Positions 1 through 9,753 of a stretch of 32,000 nucleotides of DNA are shown piece by piece. The notes below the pieces were generated by a model. It worked only from the letters and a program-made list of their open reading frames with translations, was not told where the DNA came from and did not search any database. Every line of letters begins with the position of its first letter. Within the stretch, counting starts at the first letter, position 1. The position numbers were made by a program, and so were the translations under genes. Source of the stretch: Nitrosopumilus maritimus SCM1 (lineage in GTDB: Archaea > Thermoproteota > Nitrososphaeria > Nitrososphaerales > Nitrosopumilaceae); assembly GCF_000018465.1 (NCBI RefSeq), contig NC_010085.1:840001-872000 (forward strand), given 5' to 3'.

Positions 1-535
1 TTCCAGCTGGATATAGTTTCAGATTATCATATTGTTTTACTTTGCCATTAGTGACTTTGCCCAAAATCACGGTTCCAACTCCCTTCACGTCAAAGCAATG
101 ATCAATCACCATTTCAGAAGAACCATCAGATGAAATAGGTTCAAGTTTGTCCATTTCTTCTTTGATTTTATCCTGATCAACTTTGGTATATTTTTCAACA
201 ACAGTACCCTTGATCATTGCATCTAGTTTTGATTCATCTACATCAAAGGTATGAGATAATATTCCGTTTTCTTTTTTGAGAGAATCAAGTGCAATGATTT
301 GCTCTCCTGTGAATTTATCTAATTTATCGACATAAAGTATCACGTATTCTGCAAGATTGATTGCCTGAAACAAAGGCTGTATTTTATCAGGAAATCCACT
401 GGGTGCAACCCATGTTTTGATAATGTCAGATTCCTTTCTATCATAAAGAGTCAGATCAGTTTCAGTTCCTTTTTTACCAAATTCAGATGCAATGTCTTGT
501 TTACCTAAAACAACAAAGTTAACGGATTTTACCAC
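1..535 (-). CDS. EF-Tu/EF-1alpha-like translational-GTPase-family protein, N-terminal part only (runs off the left edge); G-domain motifs degenerate
   Basis: Own translation of the minus strand from GTG at 535, with an in-frame TAG just upstream at 545-547: VVKSVNFVVLGKQDIASEFGKKGTETDLTLYD...MVIDHCFDVKGVGTVILGKVTNGKVK. The DHxFxVKGxGTVxxGKV stretch is the typical start of EF-Tu domain II. Absent from the ORF track because it is edge-truncated. Confidence 0.5.
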   Translation of the reverse strand, partial: MVKSVNFVVLGKQDIASEFGKKGTETDLTLYDRKESDIIKTWVAPSGFPDKIQPLFQAINLAEYVILYVDKLDKFTGEQIIALDSLKKENGILSHTFDVDESKLDAMIKGTVVEKYTKVDQDKIKEEMDKLEPISSDGSSEMVIDHCFDVKGVGTVILGKVTNGKVKQYDNLKLYPAG

Positions 536-579
536 AAGAAAATTCTAGAATTAGGCACTAAAAACTATACGAAATGGTT

Positions 580-1332
580 CTACGGAAATGTGTTTAGTAC
601 AGCAGCATAACTTGCAAATCTATGGTTTTTTGGTTTGACTAGTTTCTGATGATATTTTTTGATAGGTTTTCCAATTGCACCATTTAGACCTAAGGGTCCC
701 AAAACATACTTTTTGTCATCAGCCCAACTTAGAACCTCATCAGAAGGAGCATAATGATTTAGGATTTTTTTATTGACAACAGTTTGGAGTAGCTTACCAT
801 ACTTTTTTGAAGACGGAACATCTTCAGTTATAGAGGCTCCAAAGAAATAGACACTTTCTAGGATTCCAGAATTTTGTTTCTTTTTAGCAAGATATTCAAT
901 TGTACTGAGAATCACTTGAGAACCTAGAGAGTGTCCCATTAATCGTATCTTTGTTTTTGGACTAGATTCTTTAAAATCCTCAATGAATTTTCCGAGATTC
1001 CGTCCGTTCTTTTTTGCAATACTTTGTCCTACAGCTAAAGCATGTTTTGCATGTTTGATTAAATGAGCACCAGTGGTGTTTGAATCATAACTAAATCCAA
1101 TTACTGGATGAGAATATCCTAATTTTCTCAATCGATTACGTGCCAAAACTGCTTTTGCAATAGCACCAGCATTGTCATTTCTTAGACCATGAATCATAAT
1201 GGTTAACTCTTTAGAATCAATTAATTTTTGAAAATCTTTTTTTGGATAAAGGTAATAGTTGTTCCGCTTTAGGGTTTTACCAGTTTTTAGATCATAGTAC
1301 CCTCGAGTGGAAATTCTTGGGACAGGTTTCAT
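580..1332 (-). CDS. alpha/beta-fold serine hydrolase of unknown function (DUF900-like)
   Basis: 250-aa ORF with the GxSxG nucleophile elbow (MGHSLGSQV) and an HG-type segment (IMIHGLRND). Family name is from memory. Only a 1-nt gap to metG upstream. Confidence 0.55.
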   Translation of the reverse strand: MKPVPRISTRGYYDLKTGKTLKRNNYYLYPKKDFQKLIDSKELTIMIHGLRNDNAGAIAKAVLARNRLRKLGYSHPVIGFSYDSNTTGAHLIKHAKHALAVGQSIAKKNGRNLGKFIEDFKESSPKTKIRLMGHSLGSQVILSTIEYLAKKKQNSGILESVYFFGASITEDVPSSKKYGKLLQTVVNKKILNHYAPSDEVLSWADDKKYVLGPLGLNGAIGKPIKKYHQKLVKPKNHRFASYAAVLNTFP

Positions 1333-1333
1333 T

Positions 1334-2989
1334 TTATTCTGAAGGTCCTAATTGTTTTTTGTATTTTTCAATGTCTGCATCTTCAACTCTTGCAAATAAT
1401 GGAGATGCATCACCAAGTGTATGGCCTGAAGATACGCCTAAAACAGACATGTCATTCCAGTTTTGGTCATTTATTTTGCCATCTAGTGCAAGTTGAGTCC
1501 ATATGTTTTGTGCAGATTTTGGAATAAATGGGAATGTTGCAATTGCCAAACTTCTAACAGCATTTACTGAGAGATACACGCAACTTGCAGTACCTGGTCC
1601 TTTCTTCCAAGGTTCTTTGTGCTGAAAATACTGATTAAAGTAAGATGAAAACTCCATAATCTTCTTTAATGCCCTATCAAGATGATTTTGCTCCATTAGA
1701 GAGCCAACTTCAGATGCAAGAGATTTGATTTTTTGTTCTGCTTCAGAATCTTTTTCATCAAAATCTTCAGGGTCTGGAATATTTCCATCAAATGCTTTTT
1801 TTGTGAATCCTAATGCACGATTAATAAAATTTCCAAGATTTCCAATTAATTCTGAATTAATTCTAGTTGTAAAATCATCCCAGTCAAAATTCAAGTCATC
1901 TTGGGAATAAGGATTGATAGATACCAGATAAAATCTCAAATAGTCTGCAGGATAGTATTCTAGGAATTCTTTGAGGCCAATATACCAATTTCTGCTTTTT
2001 GAGATTTTTTTTGCTTGAAGTGTTAGATGCCCTCTTGTTGGAATGTAATCAGGTAGTTTGTATTCACTTTCAATTCCCAATCTCATTGCAGGTAAAAACA
2101 GATAGTGATGATATACAATGTCTTTTCCAATAAAGTGGTAAATGTCAGCAGAGTTCCAAAATTCTTTTCCATCAATACCTTTGTCATTTAAGAATTTTAG
2201 AGCAGTTGAAATGTATGCCAAGTGATTATCAAACCAACCATAGAATACCTTATCTTTGGCATCATCAAGAGGTACAGGAACTCCCCAAGTAATGTCCCTA
2301 GTAATGTCCCAATCAATTAAACCCGATTTTATCCAATTTTGTACGTATTTTTTTACATCTTTTTGAAGATGATCATTTTCATCTAGCCATTTAGAAAGTG
2401 GTTCTCCAAAATTTTTGAGTTTGAAGAAATAGTGTGTTGTTTTTTCTTTTGTTGGAGGTTGGCCACATAGAGAACATTTTGGATTTGTGATCTCTTCAGG
2501 AACTCTACCACAACTCTCACAAAGATCAGAATATTGATCTTCGGCTTTACAGTAAGGACAAGTGCCTTTGACATATCTGTCAGGTAGGAATTTTTTGTCA
2601 TTGTTGCAATAGAATTGAATTATCTCTTGCTCGTATATGTGACCAGCATCATTGAGTTTTTTGAAAACATCTTGAACAAATTGGATATTTTCATCAGAGC
2701 TAGTCTTGTAGAAATAATCAAAATCAATATCAAATGCACTAAAATCCTCATAATCACGTTTATTCCAATGAGCAACATATTCTGCAGGAGTTTTTCCTTC
2801 TTTTTCAGATTGAATCAAGATAGGAGTTCCAAAATCATCTGATGCGCATACATAGTATGCCTCTACGCCGTTTTGTTTTAGAAATCTAGTTGTTACATCT
2901 GCAGGCAGATAGGTAGATGCAACATGACCTAGGTGAATCTCACCATTTGCATAAGGTAATGCACTAGTAATGATAGCTTTTTTGTTCAT
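1334..2989 (-). CDS. metG: methionyl-tRNA synthetase
   Basis: 551 aa. HIGH motif (HLGHVAS), KMSKS-type motif (KISKS), and MetRS zinc knuckles (CPYC...CESCG, CSLCG). Confidence 0.95.
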   Translation of the reverse strand: MNKKAIITSALPYANGEIHLGHVASTYLPADVTTRFLKQNGVEAYYVCASDDFGTPILIQSEKEGKTPAEYVAHWNKRDYEDFSAFDIDFDYFYKTSSDENIQFVQDVFKKLNDAGHIYEQEIIQFYCNNDKKFLPDRYVKGTCPYCKAEDQYSDLCESCGRVPEEITNPKCSLCGQPPTKEKTTHYFFKLKNFGEPLSKWLDENDHLQKDVKKYVQNWIKSGLIDWDITRDITWGVPVPLDDAKDKVFYGWFDNHLAYISTALKFLNDKGIDGKEFWNSADIYHFIGKDIVYHHYLFLPAMRLGIESEYKLPDYIPTRGHLTLQAKKISKSRNWYIGLKEFLEYYPADYLRFYLVSINPYSQDDLNFDWDDFTTRINSELIGNLGNFINRALGFTKKAFDGNIPDPEDFDEKDSEAEQKIKSLASEVGSLMEQNHLDRALKKIMEFSSYFNQYFQHKEPWKKGPGTASCVYLSVNAVRSLAIATFPFIPKSAQNIWTQLALDGKINDQNWNDMSVLGVSSGHTLGDASPLFARVEDADIEKYKKQLGPSE

Positions 2990-3026
2990 TAGATAATCTC
3001 AAAGGCAGTATTAGGGTTAAGAAGTT

Positions 3027-4268
3027 TTACCAGCTGTTTGCGTATTTTACTTGCTCTGGAGTAAGTTTGTCAATCTTTACATCCATTGCCTTTAGTGCAT
3101 CAACTGCAACTTGAGTATCAATCTCTTCAGGTACATTGATGATTTTGTTTTCCATCTTTTTGTGGTTCTTGAGAATATACATGACAGATAGTATTTGATT
3201 TGAAAATGATTGAGCCATTACTTCTGGGGGGTGACCTTCTGCTGCAACCAAGTTTGCAAGACGTCCTTGACCAATTAGATAGACCTTCTTTCCATTTTTG
3301 AGTACACATTCATCAAGTGCAGGTCTTACTTCTTTGACTGATTTTGATTTCTTTAGCAAAAATTCACTGTCAATTTCAACATCAAAGTGACCAACATTTC
3401 CCATGATTGCACCGTCTTTCATCTTTAGAATGTGTTCTTTTCTAATTACACTAGTCATTCCAGTACAAGTGATAAAGATGTCACCTAGCTTTGTTGCTTG
3501 TGCCATTGGCATTACTTCAAAGCCATCCATGTGAGCTTCAAGAGCTTTTACAGGATCAATTTCAGTTACAATTACTTTGGAACCCATTCCATGGCATCTT
3601 GCTGCAACACCACGTCCAACCCAACCATAACCTACAACTACAACACGTTTTGATGCCATAAGCAAATTCATTGCACGAAGATATCCATCTATTGTGCTTT
3701 GACCAGTACCGTATCTGTTATCAAACATGTGTTTTGTATATGCTTCATTTACCAAGATTACAGGATATCGTAATTTTCCCTGATTCTCAACTGCTCTAAT
3801 TCTAGTTACACCGGCTGTTGTCTCTTCAGTGGCACCCAAAATTTTCATGTTCTTGAATCGCTTATCAAAGTGAGCTTTGACATTCATGTCTGCACCATCA
3901 TCAGTGAGAATTGTTGGTTTGTGTTTTAGGACTTGATCAATACACCAATCATATTCTTTTACAGATTGGCCATGCCATGCATAAACATGAATTCCTTGTG
4001 ATGCCAAAAATGCTGCAATGTTATCTTGGGTAGTTAATGGATTTCCACCACAACATGCGACAGTTGCTCCAAGTTCTTTTGCACCCATTAGCAAGACAGA
4101 TGTCTCTTTTGTAATATGGAGACAGAATCCAAGGGTAACTCCTTTGAGAGGTTTTGATTTTTTTAATCGATTAATGGTATTATCTAAAATTTGCATATGA
4201 GATCTTGCCCATTCATAGGACAGTTTTCCTTCTTTGATCAGTTTTGCACTAGACTTTACTTTGCTCAC
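3027..4268 (-). CDS. ahcY: S-adenosyl-L-homocysteine hydrolase
   Basis: 413 aa, GTG start. NAD Rossmann segment VVVVGYGWVGRG and typical AHCY blocks (TTQDNIAAFLA, DDGADM, GRLANL). Confidence 0.95.
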   Translation of the reverse strand: MSKVKSSAKLIKEGKLSYEWARSHMQILDNTINRLKKSKPLKGVTLGFCLHITKETSVLLMGAKELGATVACCGGNPLTTQDNIAAFLASQGIHVYAWHGQSVKEYDWCIDQVLKHKPTILTDDGADMNVKAHFDKRFKNMKILGATEETTAGVTRIRAVENQGKLRYPVILVNEAYTKHMFDNRYGTGQSTIDGYLRAMNLLMASKRVVVVGYGWVGRGVAARCHGMGSKVIVTEIDPVKALEAHMDGFEVMPMAQATKLGDIFITCTGMTSVIRKEHILKMKDGAIMGNVGHFDVEIDSEFLLKKSKSVKEVRPALDECVLKNGKKVYLIGQGRLANLVAAEGHPPEVMAQSFSNQILSVMYILKNHKKMENKIINVPEEIDTQVAVDALKAMDVKIDKLTPEQVKYANSW

Positions 4269-4341
4269 AAAAAAACCCCCGTTCCCAGATATAAAATCCT
4301 ATCATGCGAATGTAAATAAATGACAAAATTAACAAAAACCC

Positions 4342-4644
4342 ATGGCTTGGAAGAAGATTGCAGAGAAAGGAGACATTGATGCAGGCAAAGGCAAGGCCTT
4401 TGAAATCGATGGGAAACAGATTGCAATTTTTAATCAAGATGGATATCATGCAATAGATGATCTCTGTGTTCATCAAGACGGTTCAATTGCACCAGGTAAA
4501 CTTGATGGAGATATTGTAGAGTGCCCATTACACTTTTGGCATTATAACATCAAAACAGGAGAATTAACAGATTATCTCAAAGATGTAAAATTAGAAACTT
4601 ATCCTGTAGAAGCAAGAGATGACGGCATCTACGTAGATGTTTAG
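4342..4644 (+). CDS. small Rieske [2Fe-2S] domain protein (NirD-like/Rieske ferredoxin)
   Basis: 100 aa. CVH-x16-CPLH matches the CxH...CxxH Rieske ligand pattern. TAAATAAAT box about 25 nt upstream of the ATG. Confidence 0.8.
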   Translation: MAWKKIAEKGDIDAGKGKAFEIDGKQIAIFNQDGYHAIDDLCVHQDGSIAPGKLDGDIVECPLHFWHYNIKTGELTDYLKDVKLETYPVEARDDGIYVDV

Positions 4645-4690
4645 AAATTTTTAGGCACAATTTTTATTCTCAGTTTTTGCAAATCATTCA

Positions 4691-5488
4691 TTGAATCAAG
4701 AGATTATCGATGAGATAAAAAATCAAGATTATTCTTCCATTACAAGTACAATTGAAAATTTTCTAGAAGAACAGATGGAAAAAAACCATGCCGAAGGTCT
4801 CATACTAGGATTAAGTGGAGGTATTGATTCTGCAGTACTAGCATACATTTGCAAAAGAAAATTTGCAAATAAAACAACAGCACTAATCATGCCAGATACT
4901 GCCATTACACCAAAAACTGAAACAGACGATGCACTAAAGATGATATCATTAACAGGAATACAATACAAGTTACTTGACATCAATCCAATAGTTAACGAAT
5001 ACTCCATGTATTTGGAACCAAATGAAAGAGCAAAAGGGAATCTTCGTGCAAGAGTTAGAACAAATATTTTGTACTATTATGCAAATGCCAAAAACTATCT
5101 AGTGTTAGGATCAAGTGACAAAAGTGAGTATCTTATTGGATATTTTACAAAATTTGGTGACGGTGCATCAGACATTACACCAATTGTTTCATTATACAAA
5201 CTCCAAGTAAGAGAGATTGCAAAGTATTTGGGCGTTCCAGAGAATGTGATTTTAAAGAAGAGCAGCCCTCATTTGTGGAAAGATCATGAAGCTGAAAATG
5301 AACTTGGAATTTCATATGAAGAAGTAGATTCCATTTTGTATTGTTTGTTTGAGAAAAAACTCTCAACTGAGGACACTCAAAAAACAACAGGAATAGAAAT
5401 GTCCACAATAGAAAAAATTCAAGAACTAAACAAAAACAGTGAACATAAAAGATTGCCAGCACAAAAACCAGATAGAGATTCGAGATGA
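4691..5488 (+). CDS. nadE: NH3-dependent NAD+ synthetase
   Basis: 265 aa, TTG start. PP-loop SGGIDS preceded by LILGL. Stop overlaps the cysS start by 4 nt. Confidence 0.9.
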   Translation: MNQEIIDEIKNQDYSSITSTIENFLEEQMEKNHAEGLILGLSGGIDSAVLAYICKRKFANKTTALIMPDTAITPKTETDDALKMISLTGIQYKLLDINPIVNEYSMYLEPNERAKGNLRARVRTNILYYYANAKNYLVLGSSDKSEYLIGYFTKFGDGASDITPIVSLYKLQVREIAKYLGVPENVILKKSSPHLWKDHEAENELGISYEEVDSILYCLFEKKLSTEDTQKTTGIEMSTIEKIQELNKNSEHKRLPAQKPDRDSR

Positions 5489-6873
5489 AACTACAAGACA
5501 CATTATCAAATGCTGAGCAAGAATTAGACACATCAAAAAAAGTCAAAATTTACCTTTGCGGAGTAACAGTATATGATGAATCCCATATTGGTCATGCAAG
5601 AACAATCATAGTCTTTGATGTACTACGAAGATACCTAGAAGACAAGGGAATAGAGATAGAATTTATTCAAAATTTTACTGATGTAGATGACAAGATAATC
5701 AATAGAGCACAAGCAGAAAACACCAGTGCTGAAGCAATTAGTACAAAATACATTGAAAATTATTTCAAAGATTTTGATGGGCTAAATGTCAAACATGCTA
5801 CAAACTATCCAAAGGCAACAGAGCACATAGAAGATATCATCAAATTCATTGAAAAATTAATTGAGAAAGAGATTGCATATGTCTCAAAGAATGGTGTGTA
5901 CTTTGCAGTCTCAAAATTTCCAGAATATGGAAAGTTATCAAAAAAGAAGATTGATGAATTAGAATCAGGAGCAAGAATCGAAGTTGATGAGGCAAAAAAT
6001 AATCCGCTAGACTTTGCAGTATGGAAATTTTCAGATGTTGAACCTTTATGGGACAGCCCATGGGGAAAGGGAAGACCGGGATGGCACATTGAATGTTCTG
6101 CAATGAGTACAAAGTATCTTGGAGAGAATTTTGACATTCATGGGGGAGGAAGAGATTTGATATTTCCCCATCATGAAAACGAGATTGCCCAATCTGAATC
6201 ATTTACAGGTAATCAATTTGCAAAAATCTGGATGCATGTAGGAATGGTTACGATTGATGGAGAGAAAATGTCAAAGTCAATTGGAAACATAAAATCAATC
6301 AAACATGTTTTAGAGAATTGGGGGCCAAACATCATCAGATTGTTTTGCTTGTCTGGACACTATTCAAAACCAATTGATTATTCTGAAGAACTACTAAAGG
6401 AAAACCTAACTAAATGGAGACAAGCTGAAACTTGCTACTATGAGTTGATTCACGCAAATAGTGAAAATAGTGAGAAGGTAGGCTCTATAGTTGAAAAACT
6501 AGGCTCGGAATTTGATAAAGCATTAGAAGATGATGTAAACACTCACCTGGCATTATCTGCATTTTTCCAACTAGTCAAAGAAGCAAACAGATTGGCTGCT
6601 GAAGAAAAGTTGGGAAAAGAAGATGCCAAAATTATCAAAACAGAATTTCTAAGAATGTTAAAAATTTTAGGACTAAATATTCCAGAGATGACTGAAGGAA
6701 TGAAACAAGAAATCGACACAATGATTGAGAATAGAGAAAAATTCAGACAAGAAAAACAATTCCAAGAAGCAGATCAGATTCGAGATAAGCTCAATGAGAT
6801 GAATATCGAGTTGATTGATCATAAAGGAAAAACAATCTGGATGAAAAAAGAAAACATCAAAGCTGAAAAATAA
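5485..6873 (+). CDS. cysS: cysteinyl-tRNA synthetase
   Basis: 462 aa. HIGH (SHIGHARTI), exact KMSKS, and the WHIECS zinc-site block. Confidence 0.95.
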   Translation: MKLQDTLSNAEQELDTSKKVKIYLCGVTVYDESHIGHARTIIVFDVLRRYLEDKGIEIEFIQNFTDVDDKIINRAQAENTSAEAISTKYIENYFKDFDGLNVKHATNYPKATEHIEDIIKFIEKLIEKEIAYVSKNGVYFAVSKFPEYGKLSKKKIDELESGARIEVDEAKNNPLDFAVWKFSDVEPLWDSPWGKGRPGWHIECSAMSTKYLGENFDIHGGGRDLIFPHHENEIAQSESFTGNQFAKIWMHVGMVTIDGEKMSKSIGNIKSIKHVLENWGPNIIRLFCLSGHYSKPIDYSEELLKENLTKWRQAETCYYELIHANSENSEKVGSIVEKLGSEFDKALEDDVNTHLALSAFFQLVKEANRLAAEEKLGKEDAKIIKTEFLRMLKILGLNIPEMTEGMKQEIDTMIENREKFRQEKQFQEADQIRDKLNEMNIELIDHKGKTIWMKKENIKAEK

Positions 6874-6885
6874 AAAAGAAAAGAA

Positions 6886-7200
6886 TTAAGGGTTAACCAT
6901 TGTTAATTTTGCCTCAATTCTGTCATAGTATCCATTTTGGTCCATAGCAGGAACATAAAATGTTGCAGAAACTACATCTCCAACACCTGCACCACAATCT
7001 GCTACAACAACAGAGTGACCTAAAACAGACTCACCAACACAGCCATAATCAGTAACAGCAATGACCGATACATCTTCAGTAACTAGTGTTGGAACTATAT
7101 TCCAAGGAGTTAATGTGAAAACTAGTATTACTGAAGTTGCTGCAGCCAAAATTACCATGAACTTTAGCCGAGGTGTTTTTGTTTGTGTGGTTTGTTGCAT
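6886..7200 (-). CDS. small secreted or membrane-anchored protein, unknown function
   Basis: 104 aa with an N-terminal hydrophobic helix (LKFMVILAAATSVILVFTL). TATA-like TTATATTTT about 30 nt upstream, and a TTGGCACTAG box further upstream. Confidence 0.5.
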   Translation of the reverse strand: MQQTTQTKTPRLKFMVILAAATSVILVFTLTPWNIVPTLVTEDVSVIAVTDYGCVGESVLGHSVVVADCGAGVGDVVSATFYVPAMDQNGYYDRIEAKLTMVNP

Positions 7201-7256
7201 TTCTCCTCAATAGAAATTACATTTTACAAAATATAACCAAGAGGAAACTTTTTGCT

Positions 7257-7266
7257 CTAGTGCCAA
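7257..7266 (-). promoter_or_regulatory. near-consensus TTGGCACTAG box upstream of gene 6886..7200
   Basis: 9/10 match. About 20 nt upstream of TTATATTTT, which lies about 30 nt before the ATG at 7200. Confidence 0.35.
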
Positions 7267-7270
7267 TTAT

Positions 7271-7600
7271 TCAAATTTTACAATCACAACCTTTCTTTTT
7301 TAAAATTTGAATTTGTCTTGATGGAGAGTCAACAAAAGTATCCTGTTTAGAATTACCAGTTGCTTTTCTCTTATCCAGTGGGCTCTGGTGAGAATACCCC
7401 CTACGAGTCATCTCAGAAACCAATTCTTCATGCCTAGAATAGAGAGCTTTTAGTTTTCCTTTCCAACGTACAGTCTCAGGATGCAAGGAATATCCCTTCT
7501 TACCCTCAGTGATTACTGCCCACATGGCATGAAGTTCCCTATGTTCACCTAGCAAATGGTTTCTGCATAATTTCTTTGGAGGGATATCCCAGATTCTCAT
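7271..7600 (-). CDS. pyrimidine-dimer DNA glycosylase family protein (T4 endonuclease V-like, Pyr_excise)
   Basis: 109 aa. The N-terminus MRIWDIPPKKLCRNHLLGEHRELHAMW, the KGYSLHPE block and the RRGY block resemble the short bacterial/archaeal Pyr_excise family and T4 DenV (HLMAEYRELPRV). Recalled from memory, not searched. Confidence 0.6.
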   Translation of the reverse strand: MRIWDIPPKKLCRNHLLGEHRELHAMWAVITEGKKGYSLHPETVRWKGKLKALYSRHEELVSEMTRRGYSHQSPLDKRKATGNSKQDTFVDSPSRQIQILKKKGCDCKI

Positions 7601-7705
7601 TTTCTTTTTTCTCCAAACAATTCTAAATCAGTTAAAGATAAAACCAAAAATCTTTGCATAAAGAAAAAAAGATTTTTCAATATTTAAAAAAAATAAAATT
7701 TTGAA

Positions 7706-7716
7706 CTAGTGCTAAA
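7706..7716 (-). promoter_or_regulatory. single TTTAGCACTAG box in the A-tract-rich spacer upstream of the endoV-like gene
   Basis: The plus strand reads CTAGTGCTAAA. Read on the minus strand, AAAATTTTATTTTTTTTAAATAT follows. The ATG of 7271..7600 is about 105 nt further on, so the target assignment is uncertain. Confidence 0.4.
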
Positions 7717-7834
7717 AAAAATAAAAAAAGCTTTAGCTAATTTTAAAAAAAATACGCACAAAAAAATTAGTTTAGTCTAATTAGGATCATCTAATTTTCA
7801 CGGGGTTTAATAGAATTGAAAACTAAATCAATCT

Positions 7835-8116
7835 ATGAATGCATGGAATAAATTTTGGAAATGGTATGAAAATAAAATACTTGGAAGTATAATTGTAATT
7901 GCAGTTATTCAATTTATTCAAGTTCCTCACATGGTATGGAATGCAGACCTAATGTTAGAAGCAGGGCTTGTTTCAAGAGTCCATCCAGTAATTGATTGGT
8001 TCTTGTATGGAGTAGACTTGATCGAGATTGTTTCAATTGTTAATGTTGGAATGATCATGTACAGCCTTCTCAAGAAAAGACAATCACAAAAAAGACTTGC
8101 TGCAAAAGCAGCATAA
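7835..8116 (+). CDS. small integral membrane protein, unknown function
   Basis: 93 aa with 2-3 hydrophobic helices and a basic tail. TTTAATAGAA box about 25 nt upstream of the ATG. Confidence 0.5.
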   Translation: MNAWNKFWKWYENKILGSIIVIAVIQFIQVPHMVWNADLMLEAGLVSRVHPVIDWFLYGVDLIEIVSIVNVGMIMYSLLKKRQSQKRLAAKAA

Positions 8117-8947
8117 CTATTCTTTTCCTTGCCAGATAACTCTTTGAGGAAATGGGATTTCTATTCCAGCCTCATCTAAAGCATTTTTTGCAATTTTGAG
8201 TAATTTTGGTTGAACTTCTCCCCAGTCTTCACGAGGATGCCAAACCAAGATTTCAATATTTACACTGCTGTCACCTAATTCACTAATACGAAATTCAGGA
8301 GCAGGTTCAACTAATACAAAAGGCATTGATTTTGCGATAGCCTTCTGAAGAACCAGAATTGCACCATCAATGTCTTCTTTGTATGCAATCCCCACTATTC
8401 CTTGGGAACGTCTTACAGGAGAAGAGGTAAGAGAGCGAAGGTTAGAGGTAAAGAATTTTTCATTAGGGATACGAATGATGGTCCCATCAAACTGTCTAAC
8501 ACGAACAGAGAATGTGCTGATATCTATCAAAGTACCAGAAATATTTTCAGCAGGAATTTCAACAGAATCTCCTTGTCTAACAGGTTTTTCAATCATCAAG
8601 AAAATTCCAGATATTAAATTAGAAACTACAGATTGTGTTGCAAATCCTATTACAACTCCAAATATACCTCCAGCTACAAGCATTCCAGAGAAATCAACAC
8701 CAGTAGTAGATACAAAAATTAGAAACGCAATAACGATTATTCCAAAATAAATTAATTTTCCAATATTGTTTGCACTGTCTTTAGAAAGCTTTGGAGCATA
8801 GTATTTTTTAAAAAAGAGTCTAACAGTTCTTGCAATAATCACACCGACAGCCATGATTATTCCACCAATCAAAAGACTAAGCAAGCTAAGAGTTTCAGTT
8901 ATCTCAATTTGGTTAAGTGAATCAAAAAACTCCATCAAATTAATCAA
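8117..8947 (-). CDS. small-conductance mechanosensitive channel (MscS family)
   Basis: 276 aa with three N-terminal TM helices. MscS pore/beta-domain block follows: ISGIFLMIEKPVRQGDSVEI...GTLIDISTFSVRVRQFDGTIIRIPNEKF. Confidence 0.85.
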   Translation of the reverse strand: MINLMEFFDSLNQIEITETLSLLSLLIGGIIMAVGVIIARTVRLFFKKYYAPKLSKDSANNIGKLIYFGIIVIAFLIFVSTTGVDFSGMLVAGGIFGVVIGFATQSVVSNLISGIFLMIEKPVRQGDSVEIPAENISGTLIDISTFSVRVRQFDGTIIRIPNEKFFTSNLRSLTSSPVRRSQGIVGIAYKEDIDGAILVLQKAIAKSMPFVLVEPAPEFRISELGDSSVNIEILVWHPREDWGEVQPKLLKIAKNALDEAGIEIPFPQRVIWQGKE

Positions 8948-9716
8948 CTCCCATCTCTGAATGTTTTACAGTTGAAGATATTTCATATGTTGTTGATTCT
9001 TGCCAATCAGTTTGAATTTTTTCTGCAGAAACATCAATCAGTTCTAAAGCCAATTTCTTTTTCAATACAGCAGTGGCATTATCAAATTTTGCTTTATTAT
9101 CTTTATAATATAATGAAAACGCAGTTGCACGAAAAACAACACGTCTTACAGAACGACCATCAGAAAGTTCATTTTTAATTGTAATTTGGATGGATGCGTT
9201 TTCATATGGATCAGAATCAATATCAGAAGATACTATAGGAGATTTTGAATACTTGCACAATACACCAGAATCAGGTGCACCATACAAGGCAAATCGAGAA
9301 TCATCCAGATTACAATCAAACCAATCAAGAGAATCCTTGGTAGAATCGTGAATTACAAATATACCGATTTCAATTTGACATAAAGCGTTTATGACTACAG
9401 AAGAACCACTTGGTAGAAAAACAGGGGTAGTAAAATCAAGATAAACATAATCAGTTCTCCTAGCAGGATAGTTTAATGGTCTAATGGGACAAATTTCAAC
9501 CTGAATTGTTCCAGATGGTGAAGGGATGTTTTTTTCAACAATTTTTTCAGTCAGATCATTTTTTTGATACAAAAATGCGTTTTCTGAAAGTTTTTTAAAT
9601 TTTATTTCGGTACCGGGAAAATTAAATTCAACATCATCAGTGATAGTATAGATTCCATAATTCAAAAAATTTTGTTCTTGATCAGAACTCATATCAAAAC
9701 ATGGAATTTCACACAT
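8940..9716 (-). CDS. conserved hypothetical protein, translationally coupled to the MscS gene
   Basis: 258-aa ORF with coding-like composition and no competing ORF. Its stop overlaps the MscS start by 8 nt. I do not recognise a domain with confidence. Confidence 0.55.
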   Translation of the reverse strand: MCEIPCFDMSSDQEQNFLNYGIYTITDDVEFNFPGTEIKFKKLSENAFLYQKNDLTEKIVEKNIPSPSGTIQVEICPIRPLNYPARRTDYVYLDFTTPVFLPSGSSVVINALCQIEIGIFVIHDSTKDSLDWFDCNLDDSRFALYGAPDSGVLCKYSKSPIVSSDIDSDPYENASIQITIKNELSDGRSVRRVVFRATAFSLYYKDNKAKFDNATAVLKKKLALELIDVSAEKIQTDWQESTTYEISSTVKHSEMGVD

Positions 9717-9753
9717 TTATACTTGACAAGAAGAAAAAATAAGAAAGTGGGCA

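Noticed and set aside
4242-4252. Near-consensus boxes inside coding regions: TTTTGCACTAG at 4242 in ahcY, CTAGTGGTTAG near 14126, TTGCCACTAG near 22704, CTAGTGCTTTAA near 31786, and TTACCCTAG at 30541-30549 before the methyltransferase TATA box.
   Set aside because: They are 8-9/10 matches within ORFs, or carry an indel, and lack the box-to-TATA geometry. Matches of this quality are expected by chance.
7601-7834. A 234-bp A-tract-rich spacer with a small inverted repeat (AATTAG-N6-CTAATT near 7779-7796). Inspected for a tRNA or other ncRNA.
   Set aside because: There is no cloverleaf-capable GC-rich stems and no conserved boxes. The composition fits divergent promoter or curved DNA. Apart from the single TTAGCACTAG box, nothing is callable.
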